Source: Stramenopiles sp. TOSAG23-6
Taxonomy: Eukaryota
DNA length: 44,779 nucleotides
Direction of reading: 5' to 3'
Assembly (NCBI GenBank): GCA_900128565.1
Contig: LT635928.1
Span: 1 to 44,779, forward strand
Below, in pieces: positions 34,349 through 41,975 of this stretch; within the stretch, counting starts at the first letter, position 1; every line of letters starts with the position of its first letter. Below the pieces are notes generated by a model. That model was not told the origin of the DNA, ran no database searches, and saw only the letters and a list, made by a program, of their open reading frames with translations. Made by a program: the position numbers and the translations under genes.

Positions 34349-36811
34349 ATGGAAAAAATGCTACCTGAAAATTTTTATAGATATGACAAGGGAATTTTTC
34401 TGAATGAAGAAAATGAAAAGATACAAAAATATCGTAGAAACTACCGCAAGTGGAGACTTCGTGGAAGCACGGGGGCAGTGGGCGAGGTCGGTGATTGTAT
34501 TAGTGATCCTTTACAGTATTCACATGATATTATTATTGATGTCGACAAAGTAAATTGTGCAATATGTCAGAAAGAAGCGCGTTGCCCAGTTTCACTGAAA
34601 TGTGCAGGACATCATATATTTTGTTGGAAATGTCTAAAGCTTGCTGACTCAGCACAAACAAAACGCGCTTGTCCTTTGTGTCGCGAAAGTCTTCAATCAC
34701 TTGATCCATCATATCACAATGTAGAAGTATTTAGAATGATGACATTACATGGAAAGAAGAAAACAAGAAACAAGTCTCTTCATTTAGAATTGAAGATACT
34801 TTCTGATGATGAACCAGCAGATGAAAAGTACATAACGAAAAAGGAATATAATCTTGTTGAAACAAATTCACGTTTTGAAACGAAAGATAATTTATTAAAA
34901 TCGGATGCTCCATTTCCGTGGAAGTTACTGCTGCCAACTCTATTTGTCACTGGTGTGGCAAATGTACGTTTTCATTTCAATTTCGAATTTTTTTCTTATA
35001 CGAAATTTTGTACCTAACAAAAAACATTTGAATGAAAAATATTTTTCCAAAATATATTTAACTTGGACATTTCATACAGCTTACTTACCTTTCATGGTTG
35101 ACTATGTAAATAAAGAAAAATCATCCAATGCTTCCAATCCTAACCAGAATGATTCTTTAAATTCTGTAGGATATCAAATTGGCTGGATAATTGCTTGTAT
35201 GTTTTCATTATTTATTTCAAATTTATTTTTTTACTATGAAAATTTTGTACCTAATGAATTGTTTTTGACTAAAAAACAAATATTTTTCACAGAACTTCGT
35301 TTCAGTTTGGGCAATTGATATCTTCATATTCTTGGGGTCAAATTTGTGATAAATGGGGTCGAAAACCTACCCTATTGTTATCCTCGATGTGCTGCTGCAT
35401 TTTCTTTGTTTTCTTTGGTTTCAGTAGAAAACTATGGACAATGTTATTATTTCGGTTTGGAAGTGGTGCTTTGAATGGTGTAGTAACAGTAAGTAAGTCT
35501 GTCATAGGAGATATTTGCTCTGGAATTCACATTGGTAAATGTTGGAGTCTTCTCGGAGCAATGTATGGATTTAGTCGCACATTTGGTCCAGCACTTGGTG
35601 AATCGTTGTCGCAACCATCTGATAAATATTCATATTTTAGTGATATTTCATTCTTTAGAGCTTATCCTTTTGCATTACCATCACTTTTTGTAGGTACATT
35701 TGCTTTCATTGCATTTATTATTGGATTTTTCTATTTGAAGGAGACAAAACCACAAGATTATAAAAAGGATATAGAAATGCTGGACTTTGAATATGATGTA
35801 ATAAAAACTAATGATGATACGCTAACCACTAGTGTGGAATATAATGTAATAAAGACTAATGATGATACTCTGAACACTAGTATGGAATATAATGTAATTA
35901 AGACTAATGATGATACTCTAAACTCTAGTATTGAGATGGAAGCGAGGGATACACGTATTGACATAGATAATGCAACCAGCGTTGTTAAACAAATAGAAAT
36001 TAGTGAAAATGATACAACAAAGATAGATAATACTGTTAAATGTTATGATGATAACCCGAGTAGCAAGGATGAATCAAATACCAAACGAATACTGAAAGAT
36101 CCAAACTGTGTCACAGCATTATCACTATATTTTTGGTTCGCAGCTGCAGAAGGTATCACATCAGTGGGTATTCCACTTTGGCTCATATCTTCAAATGAAG
36201 CTGGGGGTTTGGAGTACACTGCAAAAGATGTCTCATATCTCTATTCTATTGCTGGAGTTTTTGAGATCCCCTGGCAAATTTTTGTATTTCCTTTATTATC
36301 AAATACTTATGGTTTCTTGTTTTTACTTCGGATGGCAATCTTTAGTTGGATTTCAGTCATTTTGACGATGCCTTTTATTGTACCATTATTTATTTCAAAA
36401 GATGAAACTGGAATTTCTACATCTACCACGAATACAGTTACATATTCTAATTCAGAAACTGATACAAATATAATAGTATGGTGTATAATTTGTATTTATT
36501 TCACTGTAATAACAGTATGTCAAGTAACTTCATTCTATTCAATTTTCCCAATCATTAATGCTTCAGCTTCCAAAATGGATGTAGGGACTATCAATGGAAT
36601 GTCACAAGTGATAGCAGCATTTGCTCGACTACTAGCCCCAATTATTGGTTCAAATATTGCTGCGTGGACAGCAACAACAGAATCGAATAAGAAGAAATTA
36701 AATGGAACTTCATATCCATATCATGCCATTTTATTTGGAGTTGCTGGAATATTTGCATCGGTTGTAATAAAACAAACATATAAAATCAAAGTATCAAAAT
36801 TAAGAAAATGA
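34349..36811 (+). CDS. RING finger fused to an MFS (ZIFL/DHA1-like) transporter; exons 34349-34963, 35058-35196, 35298-36811 (755 aa)
   Basis: CAIC...CAGHHIFCWKC...CPLC RING; YLPFMV, WGQICDKWGRKP, FGPALGESLSQP, FFRAYPFALP MFS motifs; frames joined by two family introns. Confidence 0.75.
34964..35057 (+). other. Non-canonical GT-AT family intron (94 nt)
   Basis: AAT|GTACGTTTT...TACGAAATTTTGTACCTAAC...CCAAAATATAT|TTA; phase 0; no AG inside. Confidence 0.82.
35197..35297 (+). other. Non-canonical family intron, apparently GT-TT (101 nt)
   Basis: GCTT|GTATGTTTT...TTGTACCTAAT...TTCACAGAACTT|CG; both nearby AGs are out of frame; gives GWIIASFQFGQ. Confidence 0.65.
35789..35935 (+). repeat. 48-bp coding tandem repeat x3 (EYNVIKTNDDTLNTSM-like) in the MFS central loop
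   Basis: Directly visible in DNA and protein. Confidence 0.85.
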
Positions 36812-36953
36812 TTCATCGAAATAATAATAAAACATTTGTATAAAAATTAAGACAAAATAGTTCATCGAAATAATAATAAAACATGTAAAAAAGACAAAAA
36901 ATAATTTATCGAAATTAATAAAAAAGAGTAAAACATTGATTTTTCAAAAAAAA

Positions 36954-38446
36954 CTAATCCAACTTTCCACGCTTCTCCTTCTTTGTTTTTGTTTTTGTTT
37001 TTATCTTTGTTTTTGTATTTTCATTTACCTTTTTCAAATTTTTTCCTTTATTTTTTTGGTCTCTGTGAGAAATATTCTTTAAATAACTTTGTGACGTCAT
37101 TTCGTTGACCTCCTTCGGATGTTCTTTCGCCCATGATAAAGATCTTGGGTATATAACTTCCATCAAATTAGTATACCATCCATGGTTATAAATATTTTTA
37201 ATTTCAACTCCTATCAGTTTTACAAATCTCTCTGGGATCTGATGTATTATAAAAAAATATTTCAAACATTTGAAATTCGTTAGGTACAAAATTTCGTATA
37301 TGAAAAAAAAATAGATTTAAAATTAATTTTAAAATGAATGATAAAAACAAACATGATATTCTTCAAAATTTGGATTATCTCCACGACGCATTGCATCCTC
37401 TCGAATCTTTTTATTTCTCTTTGTTAAAAAATTAGCCTTTTCTATGAAATACTTCAAATCATCGTATTTATATCCTTCATTTGTCGTCATATTTCGAAGA
37501 ACTAAAGAAAAATGATAAAGTGTAAATACAAATATGACAACACCCATTACTGACGCAGTTATGCATAGACCCATCATATAATTATACTTACTTAACATGA
37601 ATCTAAAAACTATGAGTACTGTTGCTTGTGTTCGCTCTCCAGTGATAGCACTCCGAAACGTTGCTTCAAATAAATTGAGATCGTGAACAATCGATAGTAA
37701 AGTCATGTATTGTGAAAAAACACGACATCACAAAAAAACATCGTTAGGTACGAAATTTCGTACGAAAAAAAATTGAAATTGAAAAAAAACAAAAAAACAT
37801 ACATACCAATCGCCCAGCCACCATACATTAACAATAGCGAAGAACTCAAGATAAATTGTAAGAAATACCAATGGTTTTCTTCCCCAACTGGTTGGGCAAT
37901 CCACCCACAATAATGATCATATCTGGAAACATTTACACCCATTATTGAACAAAATTTAGAACGCGCTGGTTTTCGAAAACCAGCGGTACGGCAAACGTCG
38001 GGGTAATATATTTGTTGGTCGTATTCATAATTGTCAAAACGTCTGTGTGTAATACTTGTAATATATCCTGGTTCTTTTGAGCACGCCTGGTAGAATTTAA
38101 ACAATGTATAGAACATTAATCCTGTCCATAAGATTTTGTGTATTTCGCCAACATACTTATTTGGAACCATAGGGAAAACTGTAAACATTGCAATACCCCA
38201 ACCTCCGAGAATGAGACCAAGGTACATAATTTGCAACACAGGATTTCGTTGTTTGAACATATAGTGAAAAGCATTATAAGCATATGTAATCAAAAAGCCT
38301 AATCCTACTGATCTGAGAATTTTTTTCAAATAATGACCAAGGCTAAAAAATGATCTATTCAAAAAGTTATCCTGCGACGTGCACATGACAACGTAAAAGC
38401 TCGTCAAAATTGACAGAATGATAAATGCAGGCACAAGAAGCGACAT
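36954..38446 (-). CDS. DHHC-family palmitoyltransferase (Swf1/ZDHHC4-like, DHYC motif); exons 38446-37803, 37704-37353, 37241-36954
   Basis: KPARSKFCS...RYDHYCGWIAQPVGEEN, NMTTNE, NIYNHGWYTNLMEV. Confidence 0.88.
37242..37352 (-). other. Family intron (111 nt GT-AT, or 114 nt GT-AG using the next CAG)
   Basis: CAT|GTTTGTTTTT...TACGAAATTTTGTACCTAAC...TATAATACAT|CAG|ATC; both ends are in frame. Confidence 0.75.
37705..37802 (-). other. Non-canonical GT-AT family intron (98 nt)
   Basis: AT|GTATGTTTT...GTACGAAATTTCGTACCTAAC...TTCACAATACAT|G; phase 2; no AG inside. Confidence 0.82.
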
Positions 38447-38752
38447 TTTCAATATACACTGTAATAGACCAGACGCAAAAAAATAACTACTATGTAATAT
38501 GTAATGAACTTCGTGAAAGAAACAGACCCTTGTAAAAAGAACAGCAATGTTAATGTGTATACTTTCTTTTTCTAAACTCTCGAGTGTTTGGATTGCGATT
38601 GGCCGCTATTCATGACTGGCTAAAGCGCTAAACAAACGTACGAAAAGCTATCATTTAACCCTAACCCTACTATATAGGTAGTCGCGCGGGGTTGAGCCTC
38701 AACGTCGATTAAAAAATAAAGTTTGGTAAAAAAAATCATTATTTATATTTTT

Positions 38753-39814
38753 TTACATTTCAGATTGACCAACTTCAACAGAAGTAACAAAAGGAAGAGA
38801 ACATTCATTCATTGTTGTTTCCTTATTTTCCCATGAATCAACATCCTTATCAATCACATCTTCACTATTTCTATTCTTTTGTTTTTCACTGAGACGAGAC
38901 ACAACTTTATCTTTACTATAACTACAAATACCAATAATAATTAAAAAGGCAGCTAAAATATAAAAATGATTCGGAAATACATGATCAATCACAATTCGAA
39001 CAATTACAGCCCAGAGGTTCGAAGTTAGTAAAGATATATTAAAAAAGGCTGAATCAGAAAGTCGCAGCATGAAAGCAGTCATGCAATACATACTACACAA
39101 ACAAATGACAAATCCAGTCATATAACAAACTGTATGAAGATCTAATGTAAATTCTGACGTTTCACAAAGAATAAATGACTGGGATATAGAAATAATACTG
39201 CCAAATAAACCAAGCATACCTAAAAATTCAAGTGGGTTATGAACTTTTACGACACTTTCTTGACCTACGTTAGATGTCGCGTAGAGAGAAGCGCCAAGTA
39301 AGCACAGTAAGTTACCTAAAAGTGGATTTCTTGCAGTAGAAGAATTTGTAGTTGAAACATCCGAATAAAATAATGCACCAATTCCTGAGAAACATAAAAT
39401 ACAGCCAATGAAATGATATCGAGTATATTTTGCTGTAAGGAAAATGTAGGATAAAAACATACAAACAGGAACAGAGAAGCAATCCAAAAGTAAAATACTC
39501 GTCACTTTTGTATACTGATAGGCTTTTACCACAACAAAATTTGCTTCGACGTCAAACAATGCTAGGATTGCATATTTCCACCAACAACCTTCTAGTGTAA
39601 AACCACCACGCTTGATAAATAAATACGGGAGAAACATTGACAAAAGTATATAATTAGGACATGACTGTAAAGCAGGTGCGTCAAAGCCTCTTTTCTCGAG
39701 GAGACTGGAAAAAAGACCAGTACCTCCAATACAAAATGAAATAAGCTGCCCAAATAAGATTTGCTTAATTGTTAATTGTGTACATATGCTCCATTTCTTT
39801 CTTGTCGTCGACAT
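38753..39814 (-). CDS. SLC35F1/F2-like (DUF914) DMT-superfamily transporter
   Basis: GQLISFCI, WWKYAILALFDVEANFVVVKAYQYT, LLDC, LYATSNVGQE, FNISLLTS. Confidence 0.9.
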   Translation of the reverse strand: MSTTRKKWSICTQLTIKQILFGQLISFCIGGTGLFSSLLEKRGFDAPALQSCPNYILLSMFLPYLFIKRGGFTLEGCWWKYAILALFDVEANFVVVKAYQYTKVTSILLLDCFSVPVCMFLSYIFLTAKYTRYHFIGCILCFSGIGALFYSDVSTTNSSTARNPLLGNLLCLLGASLYATSNVGQESVVKVHNPLEFLGMLGLFGSIISISQSFILCETSEFTLDLHTVCYMTGFVICLCSMYCMTAFMLRLSDSAFFNISLLTSNLWAVIVRIVIDHVFPNHFYILAAFLIIIGICSYSKDKVVSRLSEKQKNRNSEDVIDKDVDSWENKETTMNECSLPFVTSVEVGQSEM

Positions 39815-40043
39815 GATAATTCAAAGACTATATTATATTGTCGTGATTACTATTGGAGTGTCGATGTTCTACTGGAATATAGAGCCGGTGCGTGTCTGTT
39901 ATGACAAACGACAAGTAGTAATTAGGCTAGGGTTAGGGTTACGTAGAAATATTTCGATTCAGCAACAGTTCTCAACACCGTTGTGGTTTCCTGCCTTGTA
40001 CTAAACTAAACGTAGGGCTCATTGGACCTAAATCCTATTTACA

Positions 40044-41852
40044 ATGACTTCATCGACAAATACCAAAGTCAGTGTCACTACCAAGGACAAGAAAAGTACA
40101 GAAATGACGGACGACCAAAAGTATTCTCATATGCAGAAAGCAAAACAGCAGCTCATCGACCTCTTTAGTGCCGCTGAAAAGGGAAATTGTAGCGAACTTG
40201 CTAAACAAATTGATTCCCACGTGCCTTACTATGCTAAAGAAGAAAACATTTTATTGAATGAATCTGATACAAACTATAATAAAATGTTGAACCGTGTTCG
40301 CATTGGTATAGTCTTGAGCTTCCTTGATGGAAGAAAGCGAAACGCTTTGCATTTCGCTTCTTTGTCTGGTAAAACGGAATGTGTGAAATACTTGGTGAAA
40401 ATGGCTACAGAAGTTTCTAACGAAATCAAGGAGGATTTTAATGGCAATCTAGTTGACTCACAGGATATCGATGGTGCTACTCCACTTATGTTATCTATCA
40501 ATTCCGGTGCTGCGGATACAGCTCAGCTGCTGATAGATATGGGTGCTGATCCTAGTGTACCCAATACTGATGGAGCCACTGCGCTTCATGCAGCTTCTGG
40601 AATGGGTTTTACTGACATTGTAAAGTCTGTTGCTGCCCATGATTTATGTGATATTAATGCCGTAAGTACTATTGGTACACCATTACATTGGGCAACTGGA
40701 CGCGGACATGCTGATGTCGCTGAAATCTTGTTAAAACTTGGTTCTGATGTAAATATGCTAAATCCATCAAATGTACCTCCTCTGGTTATGGCTGCTGCTC
40801 GAAACTCTCTGCTAACAGTCCAAGTTTTACTTCAAGGTGGAGCGGATCTTTGTATCACTGCCCCTAACCATGTTTCAGCTCTCACTATTATAGCTGATGC
40901 TGGAAATTTTCGTTTAATGGAAGTTGTTCTTGCTAATGTTAGTGAGGAAAAATTGTTGAAAGCGTGTTCTATGACTGATGGTGAAGGTTTAGTTCCAATT
41001 GAAGTTGCACAGTGGTCTAAACATGAAAAGATTGTAAAAATGTTACTACCTATCAGTCCGAAAATTATTACTGGGGGTTCGATTGAAGGTATTGCGCGTC
41101 ATGTGCAAGAAAAAAAAGATATTAAAACAAAAAAAGCTGCAGCAGTAGCTGCTGCAGCAGAAGCGGAAAAAAATTGGACCCCAAGTACTGATCAGGTTCG
41201 TATTGCGACTGAATCAAAAGTTGCTGGCAATAGATTTTTTATAAAGAAAGAGTTTGAAAATGCTATCAAATGTTACTCTGAAGGAATTGAAGCGAATCCT
41301 AAACATGCTCAATTATTATCAAATAGAGCAATGTGTTATATTGGTATCAACCAACCGGAAAAAGCGCTGATAGATGCCAAGAAAGCAATCAAAGAATCAC
41401 CAGGTTGGAACAAAGCATACTACAGAGCTGGCCAGTGTTATATGGCACTGAAGCAATACCCTGACGCAGCACAAATATTGTGGAAAGGTTACACGTTGGA
41501 TACTGGGGCTAAAGGAGCTAAAACATTACAAAAACTGTTTAAGGAAGCTGTAGCTTTGGGTAAAAGAATTCATCAAGGTAAAACAGCTGTTGCAAAAGAA
41601 GAGGAAGGACATGATAATGAAGATGGAAAAGATAGTAAAACTTTAGAAAAATATGATCATGTTATACCTATTGAAGTTCCAGAAGGGAAACTTTCGTCAG
41701 GGAAATTTATTACTTTGGATCTATCATTTAATAATGTTGATAATGCTGTCGAACGTGCAGGACAGTTTGTTGATAATTATAAATTAGACAGATCACTGAT
41801 ACACATTGTTGCCAGACAAATTGCTAAAGTTCAGGCTGAGGCAAATTTATAA
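40044..41852 (+). CDS. Ankyrin-repeat plus TPR protein
   Basis: ANK repeats (ALHFAS, GATPLMLS, GTPLHWA); TPR triplet (AGNRFF...AIKCYSEGI...LLSNRAMCY...KAYYRAG). Confidence 0.9.
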   Translation: MTSSTNTKVSVTTKDKKSTEMTDDQKYSHMQKAKQQLIDLFSAAEKGNCSELAKQIDSHVPYYAKEENILLNESDTNYNKMLNRVRIGIVLSFLDGRKRNALHFASLSGKTECVKYLVKMATEVSNEIKEDFNGNLVDSQDIDGATPLMLSINSGAADTAQLLIDMGADPSVPNTDGATALHAASGMGFTDIVKSVAAHDLCDINAVSTIGTPLHWATGRGHADVAEILLKLGSDVNMLNPSNVPPLVMAAARNSLLTVQVLLQGGADLCITAPNHVSALTIIADAGNFRLMEVVLANVSEEKLLKACSMTDGEGLVPIEVAQWSKHEKIVKMLLPISPKIITGGSIEGIARHVQEKKDIKTKKAAAVAAAAEAEKNWTPSTDQVRIATESKVAGNRFFIKKEFENAIKCYSEGIEANPKHAQLLSNRAMCYIGINQPEKALIDAKKAIKESPGWNKAYYRAGQCYMALKQYPDAAQILWKGYTLDTGAKGAKTLQKLFKEAVALGKRIHQGKTAVAKEEEGHDNEDGKDSKTLEKYDHVIPIEVPEGKLSSGKFITLDLSFNNVDNAVERAGQFVDNYKLDRSLIHIVARQIAKVQAEANL

Positions 41853-41975
41853 ATTAAGACACATTATTGCTACAAGACGAATTGTTAGAATTTAGTCTGA
41901 GGCAAATGATTGGATGACTTGTTCTGTAGAAAGAAATAAAGATTTAAAAATTACTGAGATTTATTAATCATTTGT

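Noticed and set aside
15515-38452. Split ORFs as frameshifted pseudogenes or separate genes
   Set aside because: Every break coincides with a family element whose removal restores the frame
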